In this document: positions 1-11,500 of the stretch, in pieces
How positions within the stretch are numbered: the first letter of the stretch is position 1
Layout of the letters: each line of letters opens with the position of its first letter
DNA from: Octopus vulgaris
Taxonomy: Eukaryota
Assembly (NCBI GenBank): GCA_951406725.2
Contig: OX597815.1
Coordinates: 98,580,001 to 98,644,000, forward strand
Direction: 5' to 3'
Length of the DNA stretch: 64,000 bases
Made by a program: the position numbers and the translations under genes
Notes under the pieces: generated by a model
What the model was told of the DNA's origin: nothing
Database searches by the model: none
Seen by the model: only the letters and a program-made list of their open reading frames with translations

Positions 1-267
1 TATTTTTGAGCAGTAGGTTGTTTTCCTGCAGTTTTCTTCCATTATTGTTATGCATAATCGTATCTCGTTTCTGAATTGCAGGATCCCCAGTCAATGTAGA
101 GATGTGCGTTTTTATGCTTCGATCTCGATAAAACAAAGTGCCACTCAAGTATTGAAAATCGATTTCATCAATTGATTGTATTTTATCTTCTTTTGTTGTT
201 GTTATTGCTGTTCTTTTTAATCTTCTTATTCTTATTCTTCCACTTCTTCTTCTTCATCTTCTTCTAC

Positions 268-337
<70 letters not shown>

Positions 338-350
338 CATTATTATTATT

Positions 351-871
351 GAGTGAGAGAGCAGTGCATGCCATGAAAGTGACTCTGGGGTAAAATATGC
401 GAAGCCTAATATACCCATCATGACTACCCGTCTGATAAGTGTACACCAGGCACACGCATCTCAAACATATGTGCGCGACATGGTGATCTCATATCAAGAT
501 AAAAAGCGCATGACCTCGCAGGTCTTCAGATCAAGTAGCTCATCCTGCTCAAAAGGTCCCTGATTAAGTTTTGTTTAAGAATGGTGAATAAAACACTCAT
601 GTTTCCAAAGGTGAATTATCCAAACCTCCAAGAATTCCTTTCAACACGCGGCTATGATGCTCCCCCACTACTTCTGCTCGTGATCAGAGATGCACATATC
701 GTCAGCCACCAAGGAACATGCTCAATTGGTTAAGGTCAAACAACCGGCAAGCAAATCTGTGGTATAGAGCAGAATATTTGCTGTAGCCTATCTTTTTATA
801 CCAAGACAAAACAATGTACATGATAACACTTCCAATCAATTTAGATCAGAAACCACGAGAGCCACTGTCTG

Positions 872-872
<1 letters not shown>
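351..872 (-). mobile_element. ~520-bp non-coding interspersed repeat embedded in (TAA)n; probable non-autonomous Dong/R4-dependent element
   Basis: End-to-end homolog in opposite orientation at 37592-38131. Both copies start CCAGACAGTGGCTCTC and end CTGCTCTCT(C/T)ACTC, and both are flanked on each side by (TAA)n. Confidence 0.75.
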
Positions 873-928
<56 letters not shown>

Positions 929-932
929 GTTA

Positions 933-979
<47 letters not shown>

Positions 980-981
980 TA

Positions 982-1077
<96 letters not shown>

Positions 1078-1079
<2 letters not shown>

Positions 1080-1412
1080 GGCAGCGACCTGGTAGAATCG
1101 TTAACACGCCGACCAAAATACTTAGCGGCATTTCGTCCGTCTTCATGTTCTAAGTTGAAATTACGCCGAGGTCGACTTTGCCTCTCATCCTTTCAGGGTC
1201 GCTAAATTAAACAGCAGTGAAACACTGGGGTCGATGTAATGGACTTGTCCTCGTCCCCGAAAATTTCAGGCAGCGTGCCTTTAGTAGAAAGGAGTGTCAT
1301 TATTATTATCGACTTAGCCTTTCATCCTTTTGGGGTCGACAAAACAAGTACCAGCTGAGCATTTGGGTCGATGTAATCAACTTAACCCACTGGCCTTGTA
1401 CCAAAATTTGAA
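1078..1412 (+). mobile_element. tRNA-derived SINE family A, degenerate copy plus partial second unit
   Basis: Matches the AAGGCGGCGAGCTGGCAGAA...GAGGTCGACTTTGCCTTTCATCC...GGGGTCGAT motif series repeated throughout the window. Confidence 0.8.
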
Positions 1413-1420
1413 ACCATTTA

Positions 1421-1481
<61 letters not shown>

Positions 1482-1539
1482 ACTGCTACCGCTACAACTG
1501 CTACTAGTAGTAGTAGTTGTAGTAGTAACTGTATTATTA

Positions 1540-1616
<77 letters not shown>

Positions 1617-2115
1617 CAGTAGTAGTAGTAGTTGTAGTAGTAGCAGCAGCAGTAGCAGTATTTGTAGTAGTAGTAATAGTAGTCGTATCGTGTGGAAGTT
1701 ATATTCCTTTGCACTCTGAGCACATATGCTGCCGGAGTTTGTGTTTTTATGCATTTCATCCCCCGAGGGTCAGTTTCATCGGATGTTCCCCTGCAGAAGA
1801 AAAACTTGGCAACCCACCAGTTTGAAAAAATCATTACCGTTACTGTTGCCCTTTTTCTGCATTTATACTGCTGTTGCTGTTAGGTTGTGGCGGCTCGGTG
1901 CTACTGTCGTTATTGCTATCGTTCTTAATGATAATGCTGCTGCTGCTGCTGCTGATGATGATGATGGTGGTGGTGGTGGTGATCAAGAGAATTATGAGGA
2001 CAGTATTAATGATCGTAAAAATTGGAGAGAACACCGATGATGGTGACGACGTTGATGGTAATAAGGATGACGACGACGACGACGACGATGATGAAAATGA
2101 TAATGATGGTGATGC

Positions 2116-2148
<33 letters not shown>

Positions 2149-2733
2149 CGATGACGATAATGATGACGATGATAATGACGATGATGAGGTAGAGGATGAG
2201 GAGAAGTAGTATTGCTTTATGGGTGGTAATGAGATATTCATCATCATCATTAGCATGGGGGAAGCTGATGATGATGATGATGATGATGATGATAAGGAGG
2301 AGGAAGAGACGAGGTGGGATAGGAGAAGTGCATTAGTGTTTGTGAAATATTGGCCATTCATAAATCATCCGCTTAACCGCTCTTAAAGATTGTGATTTGA
2401 ATACAGTATTGTATATAGTTTTGGTAGCTTGTATATTTGTGTACAATGTGTATATATACACACATAAATACATACACCCACGTGCATGCGGGTGCACATA
2501 CTCAAACATGTTTGTATATATTTCTACTCGTTTATATATGTATATTTCGTGAAGCTTATGCACATACATACACACACATACGTGGATATATATGTGTGTG
2601 TATGTGTTGTGTCCGTGTGTATGCATACACATACACATATATATATAGAGGCGTACGTACACTTTGCTCTCTATATATATGTATATACTATATATTTAAC
2701 TATGTATAAATAGGTATATGTTTGTTTGTATGC

Positions 2734-2774
<41 letters not shown>

Positions 2775-2775
<1 letters not shown>

Positions 2776-2990
2776 TCTCTTACTCTTTTACTTGTTTCAG
2801 TTATTTGACTGCGGCCATACTGGAGCACCACCTTTAGTTGAGCAAGTCGACCCCCAGGACTTATTCTTTGTAAGTCTAGTACTTATTCTATCGGTCTCTT
2901 TTGCCGAACCGCTAAATTACGGGGACATAAACACACCAGCATCGGTTGTCAAGCGATGTTGGGGGGACAAACACAGACACACAAACATAT

Positions 2991-3025
<35 letters not shown>

Positions 3026-3142
3026 CGACGGGCTTCTTTCAGTTTCCGTCTACCAAATCCGCTCACAAGGCTTTGGTCGGCCCGTGTCTATAGTAGAAGA
3101 CACTTGCCCATGGTGCCACGCAGTGGGACTGAACACGGAACC
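2775..3142 (-). mobile_element. tRNA-derived SINE family B, 5'-truncated
   Basis: Shares GTTCAGTCCCACTGCGTGGCAC...GGATTTGGTAGACGGAAACTGAAAG, internal (TA/TG)n and GTAAAAGA tail with 19633-20012 and 23032-23412. Confidence 0.85.
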
Positions 3143-3145
3143 TTG

Positions 3146-3187
<42 letters not shown>

Positions 3188-3916
3188 CATATGTATGTAT
3201 AATATATAATATATAATGCACGCACACATCAAGATTGAAAGAGCGAGCTGGTTTAAAAAGTAGACAACGTGTTAGATAACGGTAGCAAACATTCAAACGT
3301 TTCTACATCTAGACACACATATACACCATCATACATTTACGCTGTCATACATTCACACAAAAACAGGCATGCATATACGCACAGGTGTATATACACACGA
3401 ACATAGAGTTACATACACATCAGGTAAAAATGAAACAAATCGGGTTGCAAGTTAGGTCGAAAAGGCGAACTCAAGTGAGTTAATACCGTCTGACGAGATG
3501 GTGTGAAGTGATAAACCTCAATTTAATATCATTTACTTTATTAATACATCGTTTTTTATCATGTTGTTTCTCTATGTGTTTCAACGTGGCTTTCTTCTCT
3601 CCAGTTTGCTTTATTATCAATAGTATTCTTGGTTTTTGGGTATTATATTTCTCCGATTATTTGCTCTTGTATTCACTGTGTGTGCTGTATTTAATCTTGT
3701 GTTTGCTTGCTACGTGTCTTTATATAAATATAATCTTCTGGCTTACTCCTTCTTCCGATTTGTTGTATATGTATTTTAAATAGTTATTGTTGCATCTGTT
3801 GTTCATGTTGGTGATGATGCTATTGCCACTGTTGTTGTTATCATTACTGTTGTACTTTTGATTTGTATTGATCTCCCTCAAAATATGCTTATTTTTATTA
3901 TTAATATTTCTATTAT

Positions 3917-4492
3917 AAGGCGGCGAGCTGGCAGAAACGTTAGCAGGCCGGGCGAAATGCTTTGTGGTATTTCGTCCGCCACTACGTTCTAAGTTCAAAT
4001 TCCGCCGAGGTCGACTTTGCCTTTCATCCTTTCGGGGTCGATTAAATAAGTACCAGTTACGCTCTGGGGTCGATATAATCGACTTAATCCGTTTGTCTGT
4101 CCTGTTTGTCCTCTCTGTATTTAACCCCTTGTGGATAGTAAAGAAATAGGTATTTCGTCCGCCACTACGTTCTAAGTTCGAATTCCGCCGAGGTCGACTT
4201 TGCCTTTCATCCTTTCGGGGTCGATTAAATAAGTACCAGTTACGCTCTGGGGTCGATATAATCGACTTAATCCGTTTATCTGTCCTTGTTTGTCCTCTCT
4301 GTGTTTAGCCCCTTGTAGGTAGTGAAGAAATAGGTATTTCGTCTGTCTTTATGTTCTGAAGTGCAAATTCTGCCGAGGTCGAATTTGCTTTTCATCCTTT
4401 CGAGGTCGATAAATTAAGTTGCATACTGGTCTCGATCTAATCGACTGTCCCCCTCCCCCAAAATTTCGGGCCTTGTGCCTAGAGTAGAAAAG
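3917..4492 (+). mobile_element. SINE family A, trimeric (one head plus three ~183-bp body units)
   Basis: GGTATTTCGTC recurs near 3966, 4149 and 4332, each followed by a B-box-like GTTC(A/G)AATTCC (degenerate in the third unit) and the GTCGACTTTGCCTTTCATCC core. Confidence 0.85.
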
Positions 4493-4774
4493 AGTAATGG
4501 CGGCTGAAGCGGGAAGAGATGAACAGTGTGAGGTGCTATAGTGACAGGAAAGAAAAGCGAGAGGAGAAGGTAGAAGAAATAGGGCAAAGAGGAGCAGTAA
4601 TAGTAGAAGGACTAAAGGAGGAAATATTTACTTGCAAGAAGTATCATAATTTGTTCTAAGGTACTGACAAATAAATGTATTTTGACTGTTTGTTGTCATT
4701 GCCTTAGCAACACATGTTGATAGTACAGCTTTACTCAGGGTGTAAAGGTGAATATATATATGTATGTGTCTGTG

Positions 4775-4846
<72 letters not shown>

Positions 4847-5118
4847 TGTGTATTAATGTGTGTGTATGAGTGAGATAGAGAGAGAGAGAAAGCAAGGAGA
4901 GTGAAAGTATGAGGGGGAAACAAAAGGAGAGAGGTCGCGGGAAAGGCGTCAAAAGCTATTCTAAAAAATAAGAAAGCAAACGTGTAAACAGCTAGATGAA
5001 AAGAGAAAAATATTCGCACACACGTACAAATACACATGCGCACACACAGATACACACATACACATATGTGCGTATGTGTATTTCTATATGTATGCATGTA
5101 TACCTATGTATGTATATA

Positions 5119-5159
<41 letters not shown>

Positions 5160-5162
5160 TAC

Positions 5163-5205
<43 letters not shown>

Positions 5206-5255
5206 CGTATAACTATATATGTATATATAAATATATATACAGGCATACCTATGTT

Positions 5256-5312
<57 letters not shown>

Positions 5313-5328
5313 GTATATATCTATATGA

Positions 5329-5388
<60 letters not shown>

Positions 5389-5562
5389 TATATGTATATG
5401 TGTATGTATGTATGCATAAATATATAAGTATATGTATATATATTTACTCTGCGTTCTTGTCTGATGATTACTTTAAAGATTCCCTTCGGATAGCCTAAGT
5501 ATATGCACTTATGTTTATTCACACACACATTATATATATGTATATATATATATATATATATG

Positions 5563-5602
<40 letters not shown>

Positions 5603-6619
5603 TATCTATACACACAAACACACGTACATATATATATATATATATATATATATTCACACACCGATATGAATATCAATATACACGTACATTCTTATATACA
5701 CATACATACGTATATATATACACATAGCCATATATATATAATCACGCAGCTACGCATGCATACAGAAAGCAAATAATAGGCAAACAAACAGAAAACGAAA
5801 ATAAATAAAAGTGAGCAAGCAGAAAGCGATAATAGAAGATGAGTATACACAAGTAAATATATTAGCTGTTCACCTAATTCTTCTTGTAAGGGCAGCTTTT
5901 CACGTCCCCTGGGGAAAATACCATTCTGGGCAGAAAGCCAAGCCAATCTTGGAAAATGTTACTTTAAAGGTTACTAAACTGTTTATAAATCCGCTATGAG
6001 ATGGCTCGCTGCATGCTTTTGGGATTTTCGGACAGACAAACGTTAATTAAGGAGGTGAAACAATGTGTGAAAGCCTAATATCTGTAACACGGTAATCTGA
6101 TTAGCGAAACTAAGGAATTTGATTAGGGCCACCTTTCAAAGGGGACAGTGTGTCGGCCTTATTCTTTCTCCTATGACGCTGAATAATGAGTTGCCGCTTA
6201 TGTTTCTTTTGCTTGCTTCCTTACTTTGCTTGCTTGCTTGCTTGCTTTTGTCGTCAGCTGCAACGAGATGAGATGTTGGACTCTCCTCCTCCTCCTCCTC
6301 CTTCTCCTTCACCTCCTCCTTCTCCTTCTCCTCCTCCTACCACTACTACAACTACTGCTACTTACTGCTTGGCGGCGCTTATGGTGTTTTTAGGAGGTGT
6401 CGTGATAGTGGTGAGGCCTGATGATGATAAGTGGGAAAACTATGAAGAAGTGAAGTCCTGGAAATGGTTTCTGCGCATTGATCTACGCGTTCTTATGTGT
6501 GTGTGTGTGTTTGTGTGTATACATATGTATATACGTACATGCATATATATATATATACATACATACATAAATATATATATATATATATATGTGCACACAT
6601 ACATATGTATATATATTTT

Positions 6620-6790
6620 ATCTTTTGTCTTTTCTTGGCCCATGCTGGAGCACCACCTTGAAGAATGAATCAACCTCAGAGCTTTTCTTTTAAGCATGGC
6701 AATTATTCTTTTGGCCTCTTTTGCCGAACAACTAGGATAGGGGACATAACTATACCAACACCGGTTGTCAAGCGGTGATAGGGCACAAAT
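6620..6790 (-). mobile_element. SINE family B, 3' fragment
   Basis: GCCCATGCTGGAGCACCACC...TTTTGCCGAAC...GGTTGTCAAGCG matches the other family B copies. Confidence 0.65.
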
Positions 6791-7049
6791 GCAAGCACAG
6801 AGACCCACACATGCACATACACACGCACACACTGTCACACAGAGGTACACACGCACATACACACACACCGAGGCACACACACAGACACACAAGGGATACA
6901 CACACACACACACACAGATGCACATACACACATACAAACATATGTATATGTAAAACACGTTTACTCAATCCTACATGGTTTAAAGTGTGGAGCTGAGTCA
7001 CATTGTTGTGAAAAGTATATGTAACTCCTACCAAATATGTTGAAGGCCT

Positions 7050-7299
7050 TTGGGTTGGTGCATAATTATTATAGAGCTTTTCAACAAATTTTATTCAACA
7101 AAAACAATAACAATATTTAACAAAAACATCTTTAAGTGACGGTCTGACCATCTGCCAAGCAAATGGGAAACAGTAATTGAAGTAGATGGTGAATATGCTC
7201 CGGAATAATCATTTACACATGGTTTTGTTACATGTTGTTATAGTTTTTGTTGAATAAAATTTGTTGAAAAAAAGCCGCAATAATTATGCACCAACCCAA
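7050..7299 (+). mobile_element. Internally deleted mariner-type element (MITE)
   Basis: TIRs TTGGGTTGGTGCATAATTATT / AATAATTATGCACCAACCCAA with TA on the right. The interior encodes LPSKWETVIEVDGEYAPE*, resembling the mariner transposase C-terminus (LPxRWxxVIxxxGxY). Confidence 0.8.
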
Positions 7300-8004
7300 T
7301 ATTTTCCTTCGTGTTCACTTATTCATGTGCGTATACTCACACATACATGCAAGCGCTTGCGTACGCGCGCACTCACACACACGTACATACACACATATAT
7401 ATACAAGAGTTATACACACACACACATGCATACACACACATATATATGTATACAAGTGTTAAGGAATGGAGTAGATAATATCAGACATTTAATGAAGATA
7501 TACTTGGCTTGAAGGATAGCCTACGGTATACAACTCGCTTGCGTATCTTCTATCTCCGAGGTTCCGTTAACTATGAAACATACGTAGCCCAGGTATTATC
7601 TGCTCCATTTCTTAACTCTTGTATTTTATTCGCATACCTGGAAAACCTGGCTGGCTACCCTGAAATATAAAACATTTTGTTTCGGCTTACCATCCGTAGA
7701 AACAGAAAAATCCACAACCTTCAGCCTCAATAAACCGCTACTGTTTCTGAAAGTTGATTTTTTAAAATATTTTCTACAATTTGCTTGAAGCTAACCTTCT
7801 TTCTCCACTTCGATCATAGGATCATACATTTATACGCACGCACTCACATGCACACATACACATACACACACACAAACACACACACACACACACACCACAC
7901 ATATCCAATGAAGGTGCTTGGGCAAGTGGTTAGAGTGATAAGCACACGGTCGTTAGGTACTTTATATTCCAGACTGGGCCACGTATTGCCCACTCTGTGA
8001 AGAC

Positions 8005-8152
8005 TCTTTACTCTTTTAATCTTTTAATCCACTCACAAGGCTTTGGTTTGCCCGAGGTTATAGTAGAAGACACTTGCGCAAGATGCCACGCAGTGGGACT
8101 GAACCCGGAACCATATGGTTGGTAAGCAAGCTACTTACCACACAGTCACTCC
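8005..8152 (-). mobile_element. SINE family B, head fragment
   Basis: Minus strand reads GGAGTGACTGTGTGGTAAGTAGCTTGCTTACCAACCATATGGTTCCGGGTTCAGTCCCAC (A/B-box-like head). Confidence 0.75.
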
Positions 8153-8398
8153 TGGCGACGTCTTTCACATTTCCTCAACATACACAAGTGTCACTATGTT
8201 TCGGTTACTCATGCTTCTCTTACTTCCTTCAACTGTTATATTCAAGAAAATCACAGGGCGAAGGGTGAGAAATTGTCTATATCGGCTTGCAAAAACATAG
8301 GCACCGAGAAGAATTTACAAAAGTATAGTACAATCTTGCAGGCCATACAGCTTGAGAGTAGTGTCTAAAACTTCGTCCGTCCCTCTTTTTCTCTCTCC

Positions 8399-8438
<40 letters not shown>

Positions 8439-8489
8439 CTCTCTTTCTCTGTATATATATACATACACACGCGCACAAGTATATATGAA

Positions 8490-8659
8490 TATATTTTCAG
8501 TTCTATATTTAAGAAATGATGAATTATGTACATTATTTACACTTTGTTCTCAACTTGTTTGTTGCTCATACAACGTTTCAGCTGATATTCCCTCCAGCCT
8601 TCATCAGGTGTCTTGGAAAAATTTCGAACCTGGATTCTCATTCCTAATGTATTTTTCGA

Positions 8660-8660
<1 letters not shown>
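8490..8660 (-). mobile_element. 3' part of a putative tRNA-headed SINE, containing a hammerhead-like motif
   Basis: Unique segment abutting (TAA)n. It is co-oriented with the tRNA-like head at 10367-10443 and separated from it only by TAA repeats and Dong insertions. Confidence 0.5.
8567..8612 (-). ncRNA. Minimal type-I hammerhead ribozyme motif, stem I degenerate in this copy
   Basis: Minus strand: gacac CTGATGA a ggctg-gagggaatat-cagct GAAA cg TT gtatg. Conserved boxes and stem II are present; stem III is the palindrome ACGT. Confidence 0.55.
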
Positions 8661-8713
<53 letters not shown>

Positions 8714-8715
8714 CA

Positions 8716-8913
8716 TTCAGTAGTTTTATTTTTATAGCGTGCTTTCACTTCACTACCGAGCGCAGCTCTGCGTGCTTTAGGTATGTGCTGTGATTTGTTA
8801 TGATGCTCTGATGGTTATTGCATGGAAAGTGTTCTGCGTAGGATGTGTGCAGTGCCTAGTAGTGCAATTTTCTGTATGTTATATGTGTTTGTAAGTCCTG
8901 TAAGTCCTGGTGT
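8716..8913 (-). mobile_element. R4/Dong LINE, short 5'-truncated copy (~200 bp of 3' end)
   Basis: Near-identical to 9013-9198, with its own (TAA)n flanks and a small internal TGTAAGTCC duplication. Confidence 0.85.
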
Positions 8914-8940
8914 ATTATTAATATTATTATTATCAGTATG

Positions 8941-9012
<72 letters not shown>

Positions 9013-9015
<3 letters not shown>

Positions 9016-10317
9016 TAGTTTTATTTTTATAGCGTGCTTTCACTTCACTACCGAGCGCAGCTCTGTGTGCCTTGGGTATGTGCTGTGATTTGTTGTGATG
9101 CTCTGATGGTTATTGTATGGAAAGTGTTCTGCGTAGGATGTGTGCAGTGCCTAGTAGTGCAATTTTCTGTATGTTATATGTGTTTGTAAGTCCTGGTGTT
9201 TTTATTATGTATTTGTCTGAATATTTTTTTATCATGCCTAATGCACCTACTATGATAGGAATTGTTTCTGTTTTCAGATTCCACATTCTAGTTACCTCTA
9301 TTTCCAGGTCTTTGTATTTTGAGAGTTTCTCCATTTCTTTTAGAGACACGTTGTCATCAGCCGGTATTGATACATCAATTAGGAAGCATTTTTTTCTTCA
9401 TGATCTCTGACAACTATATCTGGTCTGTTGGCCTTAATTTCTCTATCTGTGTGTATCGGCATATCCCAGAGTATGGTTGCTTTCTCGTTTTCTGTGACCT
9501 TTTCTGGTGTGTGCCTATACCATCTTTTTTCTGTTGTTATTCCATAATGTTGGCATAGCTTCCAATGTATGTAGGTTCCAACTCTGTCATGTCTGTGAAT
9601 ATATTCCTTCTTAGCCAGGACTGGGCAGCTAGAGATAATATGATTTATTGTTTCTTGTCCATCTCCACATATTCTGCAGTTACTTGTAATATTTCTTTTC
9701 ATTACATGTTTTTGGTAATTTCTGGTGGGGAGGCTTTGGTCTTGTGCTGCAATTAAAAATCCTTCTGTCTCTGCTTTGAGTCCTGAGTTTCTCAACCATT
9801 GCTGGGATTTTTCTTTGTCTATTTCTTTTGCGTTTAGTTTAGTCCAGTATTTACCATGAAGGGGCTTTCCTTGCCATCGTTTTATCATGGTTCGTTGCTG
9901 TTTTATTTTTAGTTTGGATTTCATTTGTTTTATAGCTTTTGTTGTTTCTTCTTCTTCTTCTTCTTCTTCTTCTTCTTCTTCTTCTTCTTCTTCTTCTTCT
10001 TCTTCTTCTTCTTCATATTTATTAGGTGGTATGATTTCTTGTTTGTATTTGTCAGCTTCCTTAAATACTGAGAACAGTTTTTTGTTTTGCTCGTATTTTG
10101 CCGCTATTTGTATCAGTTTTCCTTCCTTCTGAAGTAGATATTTTTGCAGTCCTATGGTGGTTATTTTATAGTAGTTTTCCAGCTGTATAAGGCCTCTACC
10201 ACCTTCTATACGTGGTATATATAGTCTTTCTATGTTAGATTTTGGGTGATGCATCCTATATCCTGTCATTATTTTTCTTCTTTTCCTATCTATTTTGGTC
10301 AGTTCATTTAGTGTCCA

Positions 10318-10320
<3 letters not shown>
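9013..10320 (-). mobile_element. 5'-truncated R4/Dong-clade non-LTR retrotransposon in a (TAA)n tract
   Basis: ORFs 9379-10269 and 9110-9349 give NWTLNELTKIDRK, RLYIPRIEGGRGL, AAQDQ, CCHC finger CRIC..ETINHIISSC, RHD, RLE endonuclease RPDIVV..LIDVSIP..EKLSKYKDL and LLGTAHILRR. TAA repeats flank both sides, the known Dong target. Confidence 0.92.
9110..10320 (-). pseudogene. Dong/R4 ORF C-terminal part (RT thumb, zinc finger, restriction-like endonuclease), frameshifted
   Basis: Single frameshift in an A-run near 9390 joins the two ORFs. In-frame (GAA)n poly-Glu at about 9947-10014. Confidence 0.85.
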
Positions 10321-10366
<46 letters not shown>

Positions 10367-10372
<6 letters not shown>

Positions 10373-10443
10373 TCACTGCCTGGAAACGAACTCGGAATTT
10401 TGGAGTTAGTAGCGCGCGCTCTTAAACACTACGCCATATGTCC
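10367..10443 (-). mobile_element. tRNA-like SINE head followed by (TAA)n
   Basis: Minus strand: A-box-like TGGCGTAGTGTT and B-box-like GAGTTCGTTTCC at tRNA spacing, then GGCAGTGACCTG-AATAATAA. Confidence 0.65.
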
Positions 10444-10465
10444 GTGAGTGTAGTGATTACGAGCA

Positions 10466-11500
10466 ATGTTTACATGCAGAGAACCCGGCGACGGTGTTGT
10501 CTCAAAAAAAATTAACCCTAAACAGACAAATCCGTCCCCTAATGTCAATGGCGAAGCTCATCATGCCTCACTGTTAACAAAGCAAAATACAAACCGGAAT
10601 GGTCATCCACCATATTACAAAGGACCACGTACTCAAATGATGAACCAGATTTGACGCGAAAAATCAGCTACTAGTTCAAATCTTCCAGAAACACAAGAGT
10701 TGGAAGTACCCCACAACCGGAATATTCCAACAAATGACCTGCCATGCTCTTCATCAAACAACCAAAAGAGAAAGAATGAAAAATGGTCTCGGAAAGATAA
10801 TAAAGAAGTTCTTACGGCCTTCTACCATGCGATGTATTTCCCCACAAATAATTCTAATCCTGTACAAACCTACTTAAACTGGAGACAGAAGCACCTTGAA
10901 ATAAGACCCTACGTAGGCAGTAACAAAAAACAACAACTTCAGGAGAAACGTTATGTAAACATTTGCTAACTGAAGTAGAAATTGACCAAATTAAACAAGC
11001 AGTAAGGGATAAAAAGAATGAAGCTGCAGCTAAAGAAGATACAAAGGAAATAATTATAGACCAGCCCAGGTCTGATGAAAATGCAGATGAAAAAGATAAT
11101 GTAACTAATAAGCAAAGTGAAATACTCTCTGCACTAACCATAAACACTAAGGCAGATGAAAATCAAATAGATGAAGAAAGTCATACAGAAATTGACCCAA
11201 CATAACTACATGATCTAAAAAGTCAAATCAGGATTGAATGGCTGAAAATTAAAGAAACCAGCTTGAATGGATGCGATACTCTCACAAAAATTCGCAATTC
11301 TAACCAAAACCTGAAAATAATTGCTGAAATCCGCCTTGCACTTAAGGATATAATTTCAGCAAACGATGTCGATATTACAGATCTCAACCACCTGTTTATG
11401 AATCCGCGAAAATCTCAACGATACTATGTGGTGAAAAGATTAGAAAACGACAACATTCCGACAAAAAGCCTTCTTGGCAAGAGTGTATTCAACACCAGAT
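10466..11500 (+). pseudogene. Decayed N-terminal region of an R4/Dong-like ORF
   Basis: Fragmented ORFs include KWSRKDNKEVLTAFYHA..YLNWRQKH, LTEVEIDQIKQ and DITDLNHLF, which resemble the N-terminal (Myb-like) region of R4-clade proteins. Multiple frameshifts. Confidence 0.55.

Noticed and set aside
3500-3790. Possible GIY-YIG remnant (minus strand YIKTR..TRLN.AH)
   Set aside because: Similarity too weak to support by eye.
3917-4492. CRISPR-like regularly spaced repeats
   Set aside because: Whole units are repeated without unique spacers, the context is eukaryotic and there are no cas genes.
5461-5500. CTGATGA box
   Set aside because: No stem II or GAAA downstream.
7450-7625. ~31-bp imperfect inverted repeat (ATACAAG.GTTAAG.AATGGAG.AGATAATA)
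   Set aside because: Real but too degenerate to classify; no complete ribozyme core or TSD found nearby.
10367-10443. Functional tRNA gene
   Set aside because: A and B boxes are mutated, there is no good acceptor stem, and it runs into (TAA)n; treated as a SINE head.
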